DNA of 51,451 nt from Polyangiales bacterium (GCA_038230375.1 JBBRNJ010000064.1:1-51451); one strand, 5' to 3'; shown: positions 1 through 9,386, counted from the stretch's first letter. The notes: generated by a model not told the origin, from the sequence alone. Numbers and translations are program-made.

Positions 1-39
1 AACCGTCTCGATGATCACTCCGTAAATTCTCAACTCCAT
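1..39 (-). CDS. 5' end of a gene running off the left edge (MELRIYGVIIETV...), product unknown
   Basis: Minus-strand ATG at 39, preceded by a strong SD (GAAAGGAG, 7 nt spacer); frame open to position 1. Confidence 0.6.
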   Translation of the reverse strand, partial: MELRIYGVIIETV

Positions 40-45
40 GTGCGA

Positions 46-176
46 GCTCCTTTCGATCGCACCAGACGGGGCATCGCGCGGAGGACGGGTCAAGGCTCGC
101 CCGAAGGGCGACCAGCGCAGCTGGCCTGGCCTTGACGCGTCCGAGCACGATGACACGCTGGTCGACCGAAAGGAGC
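46..176 (-). promoter_or_regulatory. Long nested imperfect hairpin (structured leader or ssDNA-promoter-like element)
   Basis: Pairings 46-59/163-176, 61-65/158-162, 72-76/148-152, 83-87/138-142 and 89-96/129-136; apical hairpins 97-111 (cUUCGg on minus strand) and 112-124. Confidence 0.6.
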
Positions 177-242
177 GACCCCGAGTCCCCGAGCGAGCCC
201 CGCAAAGCCACCGAACCGGTTGCCGGTGAGACGAACCGCCCG

Positions 243-427
243 CACCTCAACCTCAACCTCAACCTCGACAACGACTTCGACTTCGACTTCGACCTCGACC
301 TCGACCTCGACTTCGACTTCGACTTCGACCTCGACCTCGACCTCGACCTCGACCTCGACCTCGACCTCGACCTCGACCTCGACCTCCACCCCGACCTCGA
401 CCTCGACCTCGACCTCGACCTCGACCT
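243..427. repeat. Hexanucleotide tandem repeat (CTCGAC/TTCGAC/CTCAAC)n, about 30 units
   Basis: Directly visible; gives low-complexity ORFs in all frames. Confidence 0.95.
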
Positions 428-447
428 GACCTCCGGGGTGATTTGCC

Positions 448-472
448 TTGTGCACAATTCAATTGCGCACAA
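448..472. promoter_or_regulatory. Putative OhrR operator
   Basis: AT-rich palindrome TTGTGCACAATT-C-AATTGCGCACAA (1 mismatch) containing ACAATT-N-AATTG, like the OhrR box TACAATT-N-AATTGTA; lies just upstream of ohrR. Confidence 0.8.
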
Positions 473-482
473 TATATCTCCC

Positions 483-944
483 GTGGCCAGAGCTCCCCTA
501 CTCGACGACCAGCTCTGCTTCGCTCTCTATGCCGCGAGTCGGGCGATGGTCGCCGCGTATCAGCCGTTCCTTGCTCCGCTTCGTCTGACCTATCCGCAGT
601 ACCTCGTGCTGCTCTGCCTGTGGGAGGAGGATGGTGTCACCGTCTCGCGGCTGGGTGAGCGGCTGCATCTGGATTCCGGAACGCTGACGCCGCTGCTGAA
701 ACGCATGGAAAAGCAGGGGCTCGTCACGCGGGCGCGCGATCGTGCGGACGAGCGCAAGGTGGTCCTCACCCTCGCGGCCGGCGGCAAGAAGCTCAAGGCG
801 CGCGCGCCGGCGGTGATGAGCGGCCTCTTCTGCGGGCTGGACTCCACCGTGGACGAGGTGACCCGTGTCCGCAACTCCGTGAAGAAGCTGCTCGTGAAGC
901 TCGAGACGACCCGAAACCCGAAACGAAAGGCACCACTGTCATGA
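483..944 (+). CDS. ohrR: MarR-family organic hydroperoxide resistance regulator OhrR
   Basis: LDDQLCFALYAASR (sensing Cys), LTYPQYLVL, LDSGTLTPLLKRME, DER motifs; GTG start at 483 chosen because the ORF extension upstream is the hexamer repeat. Confidence 0.9.
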   Translation: MARAPLLDDQLCFALYAASRAMVAAYQPFLAPLRLTYPQYLVLLCLWEEDGVTVSRLGERLHLDSGTLTPLLKRMEKQGLVTRARDRADERKVVLTLAAGGKKLKARAPAVMSGLFCGLDSTVDEVTRVRNSVKKLLVKLETTRNPKRKAPLS

Positions 945-1201
945 CCCCGCTTCATGTCGCCACCGCCACCGCCACCTCGGGACGTGAAGGCAAGGTCTCC
1001 ACGGACGACGGAATCCTGGACCACGCGCGCAGCATGCCGAAGGGGCTCGGCGGCCCAGGCGGCGCCGGCACGAACCCGGAGCAGCTCTTCGCCGCGGGTT
1101 ACGCCGCATGCTTCGGCAGCGCAGCGGCGCTGGTCGCGCGCCAGATGAAGGTCGCCGACGCGACCCGCAACAACATCGATGTGAAGCTCACCATCGTGTG
1201 A
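941..1201 (+). pseudogene. ohr: Ohr peroxiredoxin with an in-frame internal deletion
   Basis: GREG, GTNPEQLFAAGYAACF and the C-terminal ATRNNIDV are present, but the protein is only 86 aa and the VCPYS segment is missing. Confidence 0.8.
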
Positions 1202-1303
1202 GCGCCAGAGCGAGCCCAGCGCCGCAAAGTGCGGTGACGCTGCGGCGAAGCCCGCGTGATCCCTGGGCGCACGCGCGGGCATGTCGGTTGCTTCCATGAC
1301 GGC

Positions 1304-1954
1304 ATGCCCGTCCTACGTCATGAAGGCGCGCCCATCGCTGTGATCGCTCTCCTTGCCCTGACCTCGGCGGCTGCATCTGGCGCGGGCTGCGCGGAGACGG
1401 CGCCAGCACATCCAGGAGTCTTCGCAGCTCCGCAGACCGTCGTGGTTGCCTACGCGGGAACTTCGATGCCCTCGGGCGCTCCGCGTCCGAAGATGGCGGC
1501 CGCTCCGCCTCCGCCGCCGCGTCTGCCGGATGGCACCTACGTGCTGCGCAACGTCGCCTCGCAAGAGTGCCTCGACGTGCCGCATCGCTCGATGTCCTCT
1601 CCGACGATGCTCTGGCAGTGGGACTGCAACGGGACCGACGCGCAGTCGTGGACGCTCCATCGCGTCGCCGAGGACACGTACGAGGTGCGCGCGCTCGTCA
1701 GCGGAAAATGCCTCGCTGTCCCCTATGAGGACAAGAGCAACAACATCACGCTGTGGCAGTACGAGTGCAATCACACCGCCGCGCAGCGCTGGACGTTCGA
1801 CCTGGGGGCCGACGGCAGCTACACACTCCGCTCCGGTGCGAGCGGCCTCTGCGTCGACGTTCCTCACGGCACGGCAGAGCGCGGCCTCAGCGTGCAGCAG
1901 TATACGTGTCACGGCGGTACGCCTCAGCGATGGATGCTGACCCGCGCCTCCTGA
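1304..1954 (+). CDS. Ricin B-type (beta-trefoil) lectin domain lipoprotein
   Basis: Three repeats of S..CLDV...(W)Q(W/Y).C....Q.W; hydrophobic N-terminus ending AGC; start uncertain. Confidence 0.85.
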   Translation: MPVLRHEGAPIAVIALLALTSAAASGAGCAETAPAHPGVFAAPQTVVVAYAGTSMPSGAPRPKMAAAPPPPPRLPDGTYVLRNVASQECLDVPHRSMSSPTMLWQWDCNGTDAQSWTLHRVAEDTYEVRALVSGKCLAVPYEDKSNNITLWQYECNHTAAQRWTFDLGADGSYTLRSGASGLCVDVPHGTAERGLSVQQYTCHGGTPQRWMLTRAS

Positions 1955-2024
1955 AGGGGACTCGGGCGCGGGGGTTTCGAGAGCCGACAGCCCCGGCGAC
2001 ATGCTAGTTCTTGGGCCTGTTCAG

Positions 2025-2735
2025 ATGGCGGACACCACCGCAATCAGTCGACGGGCATTCCTGCTGCGCAAGGCCCACTCCCTCACCGGGATCATCCCCG
2101 TGGGGGTGTTTCTCGTGGAGCACCTCTGGACCAATGCGTCCGCGCTCGGCGGCCGCGCGCAGTTCGATCACTCCGTGGACCAGATCCAGAAGCTGCCCGC
2201 GCTTCCGATCATCGAGGTCGGCGGCATCTTCTTGCCCCTCGCCTTCCACGCTCTCTACGGCATCAAGCTGGCTACCGAAGCGCGCCCGAACCCGATCGCC
2301 TACGTGCACGGCCGCAACTGGCTCTACGTCATGCAGCGCGTGACCGGCGTGCTCACGCTGCTCTTCCTGTGCGCGCATCTGTGGGAATTTCGTGTGCAAA
2401 AGTGGCTCTTTGGGATGACGTCGGGCGCGTTCTACGACACGCTGCAGGCGCACCTCTCCGCCACCACGTGGGGCGTCCAGCTCTATGCGCTCGCGTACGT
2501 GATCGGGCTCGGGAGCGCCGTGTTCCACTTCGGCAACGGCGTCGTTGGCTTCTGCCTCTCGTGGGGCATCGTCGTCAGCCGGCGCGCGCAACGGCTGGTC
2601 GCATGGGGCGCCACGGCGCTGTCGGTCGGGCTCTTCCTGCTGGGCTTCTCGACCATCGTCTTCTTTTCGACGGGAACCCGTCTTCTCCCCACCGGACACG
2701 ACGTGCAAGAAGCGCCTTGTCCGGAGGCCAAGTAG
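2025..2735 (+). CDS. sdhC: Succinate dehydrogenase cytochrome b558 subunit
   Basis: HSLTG, FHALYG, QRVTG, AHLW and FHFGNG heme-His motifs; five TM segments; precedes sdhA. Confidence 0.9.
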   Translation: MADTTAISRRAFLLRKAHSLTGIIPVGVFLVEHLWTNASALGGRAQFDHSVDQIQKLPALPIIEVGGIFLPLAFHALYGIKLATEARPNPIAYVHGRNWLYVMQRVTGVLTLLFLCAHLWEFRVQKWLFGMTSGAFYDTLQAHLSATTWGVQLYALAYVIGLGSAVFHFGNGVVGFCLSWGIVVSRRAQRLVAWGATALSVGLFLLGFSTIVFFSTGTRLLPTGHDVQEAPCPEAK

Positions 2736-2753
2736 CAACCTAAGGATCACATC

Positions 2754-4799
2754 ATGGCGCAAGCGAAGGGCATCCGCAGCGAGTCAGGCAAGGTCCGGCG
2801 AGTCATCGTCGTCGGAGGAGGCCTTGCTGGGCTCATGACGGTCATCAAGCTCTGCGAGGCTGGCGTCCCCGTGGATCTGTTCTCGCTCGTGCCGGTGAAG
2901 CGCAGCCATTCGGTGTGCGCGCAGGGCGGCATCAACGCGAGCGTCAACACGAAGGGCGAAGGCGACTCGCCGCGCGTGCACCTGGAAGAGACGGTGTACG
3001 GCGGAGATTTTCTCGCGAACCAGCCACCCGTGAAGGGCATGGCGGATGCGGCGCCCGGGATCGTCTACATGCTCGACCGCATGGGCGTGCCGTTCAACCG
3101 CACGGCTGAAGGCCTGCTCGATTTTCGTCGCTTCGGCGGCACGCTCTTCCACCGCACCGCGTTCGCAGGCGCCACCACCGGACAGCAGCTGCTCTACGCA
3201 CTGGACGAGCAGGTGCGCCGCTTCGAGACCGTCGACGTCGAGGACGACAAGGGCATCGTCGTCAAGGGCGAGAAGATGGTCCGCAAGTTCGAGTTCTGGG
3301 ATTTCGTCTCCATCGTCCAGGACGACACGGGGCGCTGCGTCGGCATCGTCGCGCAGGACCTGAAGACCATGGACGTGACGAGCTTCCCGGCAGACGGCGT
3401 GTGCCTTGCCACTGGCGGCCCCGGCATCGTCTTTGGTCGCTCGACCAACAGCGTCATCAACACTGGCACCGCGGCCAGCGCCGTCTACCAGCAGGGCGCG
3501 TGCTACGGAAACGGCGAGTTCATCCAGGTGCACCCCACCGCGATCCCCGGAGCGGACAAGCTGCGCCTCATCTCGGAGAGCGCGCGCGGCGAAGGCGGAC
3601 GCGTGTGGGTCCCGAAGGATCCGAAGGAGCGCCGCATCGGACGCGACGTACCCGAGGGCGATCGCGACTACTTCCTGGAAGCGAAGTACCCCGGCTACGG
3701 CAACCTGGTCCCGCGCGACATCGCGAGCCGCGAGCTGTTCCTCAAGTGCTTCCACGAGAAGAAGGGCGTCTACAACGACAAGACGAACCAGAACGAGCTC
3801 GAGGTCTACCTGGATCTCACGCACATCCAGAAGGACGTGCTGAAGCACAAGCTCGCCGGCATCCTGGAGATCTACGAGAAGTTCGTCGGCGAGGATCCGT
3901 ACGAGAACCCGATGCGCGTCTTCCCCGCCGTGCACTACAGCATGGGCGGCCTGTGGGTCGACTTCGAGCGCAGCGCCGACGGCTCCCTCGTGCCTGGTTC
4001 TCCGCGGAACCAGTCCACGAACATCGAAGGCCTCTACGCCGCAGGCGAGGTGGACTACCAGTACCACGGCGCCAACCGGCTCGGCGCGAACAGCCTGCTC
4101 TCGTGCATCTACGCGGGCATGGTCACCGGCCCGTCGATGGCGACGTACCGCAAGAACATGAAGACGTCGGGCTACGACTCGCCAAAGTCCACGTTCGACA
4201 AGGCCGAGAAGCGTGAACGTGCAAAGTACACGGATCTCCTGAAGCTCGATGGCAAGGAGAACCCGTATGGTCTCCACAAGGAGCTCGGCGACGCGATGCT
4301 GCTCGACTGCACCATCGAGCGCCACAACGACAAGCTGGACAAGGTCATCGCGAAGATCGACGAGCTCGAGGACCGCGCGAAGAAGGTCAACGTGCTCGAC
4401 ACATCTGAGCACGCGAACCGCGGCGCCCAGTTCGTGCGCCACCTGAACAACATGCTCGTCCTCGCGCGCGTGATCGCGCAGGGTGCGCGCAACCGCGACG
4501 AGTCACGCGGCGCGCATTTCAAGCCCGCCTTCAAGGAACGCAACGACAAGGATTTCCTGCGGTCGACGCTCGCGCTCTACAAGGGCGGAGAAAAGGGCCG
4601 CAGCGAAGTGACCTACGTGCGCGAGCTGGACTACACTCTGGCCGGGCGCTCGGTACACATCACGGACTCCGTGGACATCAGCCTGGTGACACCGCGCGCA
4701 CGCAAGTACGAGCAAGCGGGCGCAGCAAGCGCCGCAGCCACGGGGGCCCTTTCCGGCACGGAATCCAAGAAGTCCGCCGCCGCCACGCCCTCCGCCTGA
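2754..4799 (+). CDS. sdhA: Succinate dehydrogenase flavoprotein subunit
   Basis: GGGLAG, RSHSVCAQGG (covalent FAD His), QVHPT, HYSMGG, HGANRLGANSL, ESRGAH. Confidence 0.97.
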   Translation: MAQAKGIRSESGKVRRVIVVGGGLAGLMTVIKLCEAGVPVDLFSLVPVKRSHSVCAQGGINASVNTKGEGDSPRVHLEETVYGGDFLANQPPVKGMADAAPGIVYMLDRMGVPFNRTAEGLLDFRRFGGTLFHRTAFAGATTGQQLLYALDEQVRRFETVDVEDDKGIVVKGEKMVRKFEFWDFVSIVQDDTGRCVGIVAQDLKTMDVTSFPADGVCLATGGPGIVFGRSTNSVINTGTAASAVYQQGACYGNGEFIQVHPTAIPGADKLRLISESARGEGGRVWVPKDPKERRIGRDVPEGDRDYFLEAKYPGYGNLVPRDIASRELFLKCFHEKKGVYNDKTNQNELEVYLDLTHIQKDVLKHKLAGILEIYEKFVGEDPYENPMRVFPAVHYSMGGLWVDFERSADGSLVPGSPRNQSTNIEGLYAAGEVDYQYHGANRLGANSLLSCIYAGMVTGPSMATYRKNMKTSGYDSPKSTFDKAEKRERAKYTDLLKLDGKENPYGLHKELGDAMLLDCTIERHNDKLDKVIAKIDELEDRAKKVNVLDTSEHANRGAQFVRHLNNMLVLARVIAQGARNRDESRGAHFKPAFKERNDKDFLRSTLALYKGGEKGRSEVTYVRELDYTLAGRSVHITDSVDISLVTPRARKYEQAGAASAAATGALSGTESKKSAAATPSA

Positions 4800-4821
4800 T
4801 CCGTAGAACGAAAGACCGACG

Positions 4822-5580
4822 ATGTCAGACAAGAAGATCCGCCTCAAGATTCTCCGCCAGGACAGCCCCACCAAGGCGAAACGCTGGGAAGAGTTCGACG
4901 TGGAGTGGCACCCGCGCATGAACGTGATCAGCGCGCTCATGGAAGTGCAACGCAACCCCGTGACGGTGGACGGCACGAAGGTAGCCCCCGTGGTGTGGGA
5001 GTCGTCATGCCTCGAAGAGGTGTGCGGCGCGTGCACCATGATCGTGAACGGACGCGTGCGGCAGTCGTGCACGGCGCTCATCGATCAGGTCAGCCCCAAC
5101 GGCGAGCCGATCACCCTGGCGCCCATGACCAAGTTCCCCCTCGTGCGCGACCTCATCGTCGATCGCTCGCGCATGTTCCACGACCTGCAGAAGGTGAAGG
5201 CGTGGATCACGCTCGACGGCTCACACGAGCTCGGGCCCGGCCCGCGCCAGGCGCCGGAGAACCAGGAGGAGGCGTACCCGCTCTCGCGCTGCATGACGTG
5301 CGGCTGCTGCCTCGAGGCCTGCCCGCAGGTGAACGACAGCTCGAATTTCATCGGGCCCGCGGCGATCAACCAGGTGCGGCTCTTCAACCTGCACCCCAGC
5401 GGCAAGATGCACGCGACGGAGCGGCTCGAGGCCGTCATGGGCGAGGGCGGCGTCGCGGACTGCGGCAAGGCGCAGAACTGCGTCGAGGTATGCCCGAAGG
5501 AGATCCCGCTGGTTGACTCGATCGCCCAGGTGTCGCGCGCGACCACGAAGCACATGCTGTTCGGATGGCTGCTCAAATAG
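4822..5580 (+). CDS. sdhB: Succinate dehydrogenase iron-sulfur subunit
   Basis: CLEEVCGAC...C, CMTCGCCLEACP and CGKAQNCVEVCPK Fe-S motifs. Confidence 0.97.
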   Translation: MSDKKIRLKILRQDSPTKAKRWEEFDVEWHPRMNVISALMEVQRNPVTVDGTKVAPVVWESSCLEEVCGACTMIVNGRVRQSCTALIDQVSPNGEPITLAPMTKFPLVRDLIVDRSRMFHDLQKVKAWITLDGSHELGPGPRQAPENQEEAYPLSRCMTCGCCLEACPQVNDSSNFIGPAAINQVRLFNLHPSGKMHATERLEAVMGEGGVADCGKAQNCVEVCPKEIPLVDSIAQVSRATTKHMLFGWLLK

Positions 5581-5595
5581 CGTTACACTGCTGGG

Positions 5596-6108
5596 ATGAG
5601 GACCTTCGCGGCGTGTGGGGCGGTCGTCGTGGTCCTTGCTGCTCTTGTTGCTTGCAGCAGTGACAGCACGAACACGGGCACCGGGACGGGAACTGGGACT
5701 GGGACTGGGACTGGGACCGGCACTGGCACCGGCACTGGCACCGGTGACGGGACGGCTCAGCAGGCGTGTGTTGATTCGATCAACGCCTATCGGAAGACCG
5801 TTGGCTCTCCCGCGCTCACCCGGTGGATGGACGAGGAGAGCTGCGTGGATGGGCAGGCCAAGAGTGACTCCACGGGTAGTGCTCATGGCGCGTTCGGGAA
5901 GTGCATGGAGTTCGCGCAAGACGAATGTCCAGGCTGGCCGGGCCCCGCGGACACCACCATGGTCACGAGCTGCTTGAAGGCGATGTGGGCCGAAGGTCCC
6001 GGCGGCGGACACTACGAGAACATGAAGAATGCAAAGTACACGCAAGTGGCGTGCGGCTTCTACACGAGCGGCGCGGGCAAGGTGTGGGCTGTCCAGAACT
6101 TCAAGTGA
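5596..6108 (+). CDS. CAP/SCP-domain lipoprotein with a (TG)n linker
   Basis: Lipobox LVAC; INAYR, MWAEGPGGGHYENM and YTQVACG motifs. Confidence 0.8.
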   Translation: MRTFAACGAVVVVLAALVACSSDSTNTGTGTGTGTGTGTGTGTGTGTGTGDGTAQQACVDSINAYRKTVGSPALTRWMDEESCVDGQAKSDSTGSAHGAFGKCMEFAQDECPGWPGPADTTMVTSCLKAMWAEGPGGGHYENMKNAKYTQVACGFYTSGAGKVWAVQNFK

Positions 6109-6852
6109 GTGTATGCTCGGCACGTGAGCCGCACGACGAAGTCGAAGCTCGGAATCGTAGCTCTCCGCGCAGCACTCTTGCCGCTGGCGGTGGCCTCGTG
6201 CTGCATGTCCGCGACCGTCGCGCGCGCGGAAGAGCACACGGTGGTCGACACGTCGAACCTCACCACGCTTCCCGCCGCGGACACCAGCAAGCCGCCCGCT
6301 GCGCCTGACGACCCTCCGCCGGTGCAGCCGCACAAGCGCGGCATCGTGCTGCAGTCAGCGCTCGGCGCGATGGGCTTCGTGGGCCAGTTCCGGAAGGTCG
6401 CGCCACCCGCACCAGAGCTGCGCCTCCAGGCTGGGTACGAGCCCTTCAAGTTCCTCATGGTGTTCGGCGAGGGCAACCTGTTCTTCACGGACACGAGCAA
6501 CCTGCAGAACGCGCCCAAGACGCACGCGTTCGCTGCGTTCGGGTTCGGAGCCGGGCTGCGCGGTACGGTGCACATCACGGACCCCGTCGCGATCTTCGTG
6601 GAGGGCAACGTGGGCTTCGCGAAGGCGGACATCGCGAAGAGCGCGCTCGCGAACATCGGCTACAAGAACGCCGAGACGCTCAACCTCTACTTCGGCGGTC
6701 ACCTGGGCGTGGAGTGGTACCAGCTGGATCGCCACCTCGCGCTTGGCCTCCTCGGTGGCGTACGCGATCTCACGGGCTTCAAGAAGACGGTCGGCGCAAG
6801 CGACACGCCCCTCGCCTGGGACGGCGCGCTGTCCCTTCGCTATACGTTTTGA
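6109..6852 (+). CDS. Outer-membrane beta-barrel protein (myxobacterial type)
   Basis: Signal peptide, alternating amphipathic strands, C-terminal LRYTF. Confidence 0.65.
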   Translation: MYARHVSRTTKSKLGIVALRAALLPLAVASCCMSATVARAEEHTVVDTSNLTTLPAADTSKPPAAPDDPPPVQPHKRGIVLQSALGAMGFVGQFRKVAPPAPELRLQAGYEPFKFLMVFGEGNLFFTDTSNLQNAPKTHAFAAFGFGAGLRGTVHITDPVAIFVEGNVGFAKADIAKSALANIGYKNAETLNLYFGGHLGVEWYQLDRHLALGLLGGVRDLTGFKKTVGASDTPLAWDGALSLRYTF

Positions 6853-6913
6853 GCTCACTGCTGGTGAGCTACACGTTTTGAGCTCACTGCTGGTGAGCTA
6901 CACGTTTTGAGCG
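6841..6913. repeat. 29-bp tandem repeat (~2.4 copies), each unit with the hairpin AGCTCAC-TGCTG-GTGAGCT; includes the upstream gene's stop codon
   Basis: Units start at 6845, 6874 and 6903. Confidence 0.9.
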
Positions 6914-6917
6914 CGCG

Positions 6918-7786
6918 CTACCTCACGACGATGTTGTCGTAGTAGACGACGGTGGCGGTGTCGGACCCATGTGGAACCCGCACTCGGAGATACCGAACAC
7001 CACGCTCGACCCTGCAGGAATGATGTTGCTCGCGAGCGACTGGACCTGGGTGCCGTCGATCGTGGTGCTCGAGGTGGCTCCCATGCCGCTGACGCCCTTG
7101 GCTGTCACGTGGTGCCAGGCGCCGCCACCGTTGTTCACCGTTGTCACACCCATGAACGGGTCTCGAGGTTGACCCAGGACGAGCTGGTTCGCGCCCACGC
7201 CCACCTCGTCGTTGCCGGTGATGTTCGCATACTGCAGGACACCGAATGTTGCGTACGAGAGCGCCGAGGTCTGCAGGAAGAAGTCGTAGTCGAGGATGGC
7301 GTCACCGGTCTGCGCGAGTTCGGCCATGAGAAAGACGCTCGGCGCAGCCTGCATGTTGGAAAGGCCCGTGGTGTCGCCGATCACGCGGAGCAGATGTGTC
7401 TTTCCGTCGCCGGACAGGACCACGTCGATGGTCGTGCCGGGCGGTACGGTGTGCGCGGTGAAGCCGAAGTTCGGCATCACGACGGCCTCGAAATCGTCGC
7501 AAAAGAGCGACGCTCCAAGGCTGCCACATTGAGCCGCCGTGGATGGTGCCGGCGGAGCAGCAGGCCCCCCATCAAGGGGTGGACCGCCAGCATCAACGTT
7601 GCCCGCCATGCCCGCGTCCAGCACCACGCCGCCATCCGCACCCTGGCCATCGGGCGCCCCTACGCCTGCATCCGACCCAGCGGATCGAGACGACGAATCC
7701 TGTCCGCCGAAGGCGCTGCACGCCCCGACCGCGATGGTGATCGCCAGCGCGGACACCGAAGCTCCAAGGGTTCGACGGGAACTCAT
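6918..7786 (-). CDS. Secreted lipoprotein of unknown function, probably frameshifted near its 3' end
   Basis: Lipobox VGAC; LFCDDFE motif; a natural-looking C-terminus TVVYYDNIVVR* lies in another frame ending at 6918. Confidence 0.65.
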
Positions 7787-7798
7787 CTCCTCAGCGTA

Positions 7799-8137
7799 TC
7801 ACCGTACGACGAGCAGCGAGAACGTGTCCCACACCACCACCTCGTCCGGGAGAAGCTCCACGGTGAACGTGCGCTGCGAATCGCAGAGGCCCTTCGGCGC
7901 GAGCAGCTCGCCCGTCTCCAGCGAGAACTTGTAGCCGTGCACCGGGCACACGATGCATGCATTCTCCACGTATCCCGGCTCCATGCTTGCGCCCGCGTGG
8001 TTGCACGCGTCCTCGATCGCAAAGAAGCGCCCTTCGTCGAAGACCAGCAGCACGTCGAACGGCGGGTAGTCCATCCGCAGCATCTTCTTCTGCTCCGCCT
8101 CCGCGCGCGGAACTCTGCCCACCAGCTTCTTTGTCAT
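7799..8137 (-). CDS. Rieske [2Fe-2S] ferredoxin
   Basis: CNH...CPVHG Rieske motif; ATG at 8137 overlaps the SDR stop. Confidence 0.9.
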   Translation of the reverse strand: MTKKLVGRVPRAEAEQKKMLRMDYPPFDVLLVFDEGRFFAIEDACNHAGASMEPGYVENACIVCPVHGYKFSLETGELLAPKGLCDSQRTFTVELLPDEVVVWDTFSLLVVR

Positions 8138-8817
8138 GGCCCGAAGATGTCGATCGCGCTTGCGTTCATGGAGAGCGGCGCGTCCAGGCATGCATAGGTG
8201 ACCAGGTTGGCCACGTCCTCTGCCTGCATCTGCGCCGGAAACGAAGACCCCTCCAGCATGCGCGTGTTCACCGCGCCCGGGCGCACGCTCATGGCGGCCA
8301 CGCCGCTGCCGCGCAGCTCCTCTGCGAGCGACTTCATGAAGCCGTCGACGCCCCACTTGGAGGCCGCGTACGCGCTCTGACTCGCCGACCCGAGCGTGGC
8401 CGAGATGCTGGAGACCACCACGAAGCGGCCGGTTCGCGCCGCGCGCATGGCGGGAACAAACGTGCGCGCGCAGTAGAAGACGCCGTGGAGGTTCACGCGG
8501 ATGACCTGATCGAAATCGTCGTCGGTCATGTCCAGCACGGGCACGCGACGCACGATCCCTGCGGCGCACACGACCACCTCTGGCGCACCAAGCTCGCTCG
8601 CAATGCGCTCACGCGCTGCCTGTACCTCCTCAGGGCGCGAGACGTCACATGCAACGGCGACCGCGCGCTGTCCCTCTTCCACGACGAGCGCGTGTGTCTC
8701 CTGCAGCTCGCTCGCGGTGCGAGACACCAGCGCGATATGCCACCCGCGCTTTGCAAGAGACACTGCCACCGCGCGACCGATCCCGCGCCCAGCACCCGTG
8801 ACGAGCGCCGTCCTCAC
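8134..8817 (-). CDS. Short-chain dehydrogenase/reductase (SDR)
   Basis: TGAGRGIG, catalytic SS and YAASK, PG motif. Confidence 0.92.
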   Translation of the reverse strand: MRTALVTGAGRGIGRAVAVSLAKRGWHIALVSRTASELQETHALVVEEGQRAVAVACDVSRPEEVQAARERIASELGAPEVVVCAAGIVRRVPVLDMTDDDFDQVIRVNLHGVFYCARTFVPAMRAARTGRFVVVSSISATLGSASQSAYAASKWGVDGFMKSLAEELRGSGVAAMSVRPGAVNTRMLEGSSFPAQMQAEDVANLVTYACLDAPLSMNASAIDIFGP

Positions 8818-9377
8818 GCGTGGACCTGGGCCTGTGGAAGGGCGAGCGCCGACGCGGGCACGTCGCCCCGCGTGGCCAGGGTCTCCACGGTGGTCCGCGA
8901 GAGCGAATCATCCGCGACGCGCATGCAGCCGTGCGCGAGCGTCACGCGGCAGAAGACCCACGCAGGCGCGAGCACCTCGTGGATGGCGCGACACACGTCG
9001 TCGCCAATGGCCTCTTGCAGGATGAGCCTCCGCGAACAGATCCGCACGACGTCGGTGATGGCACCGAGCCCCACGCCACGACCCATCGCCAGAAAGCCCA
9101 CGGTGGCTTCGCCGGTCGCCAGCATCAGGTGGTGCGGGCACGTCGTGAGCACGGGGATTCCGCGAACGATGACCTCGCCGCGGACACCGTCGATCGCGTG
9201 CTGCGCGAGTGCGGCATTCGGATCTTGCGTGTATCCTACACACAACTGATCAACGAAGGCGTTCACGACGCGGGTTCTGGTGTGCCGTAACTCCGGCTCG
9301 GCGGCGGGATCGCGCCCGAGCGCCCGCAGGAAATCATCGATCGCGCGCTCCGCTGCGGCTCGGTCAGGTTTGTCCAT
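8814..9377 (-). CDS. folE: GTP cyclohydrolase I (FolE)-like protein, divergent
   Basis: CPHH and HGCM Zn ligands, RLILQE; lacks the canonical CEHH and GLSK. Confidence 0.75.
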   Translation of the reverse strand: MDKPDRAAAERAIDDFLRALGRDPAAEPELRHTRTRVVNAFVDQLCVGYTQDPNAALAQHAIDGVRGEVIVRGIPVLTTCPHHLMLATGEATVGFLAMGRGVGLGAITDVVRICSRRLILQEAIGDDVCRAIHEVLAPAWVFCRVTLAHGCMRVADDSLSRTTVETLATRGDVPASALALPQAQVHA

Positions 9378-9386
9378 GCTGGATCC

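Noticed and set aside
90..462. Poly-VE, -DL, -TS and -RG ORFs
   Set aside because: All are by-products of the hexamer repeat; none has independent support
2025..5580. Three-subunit sdhCAB lacking sdhD
   Set aside because: Normal for the single-anchor diheme type; not novel
6841..6913. Possible mini-CRISPR (29-bp palindromic repeat)
   Set aside because: No spacers between the repeats
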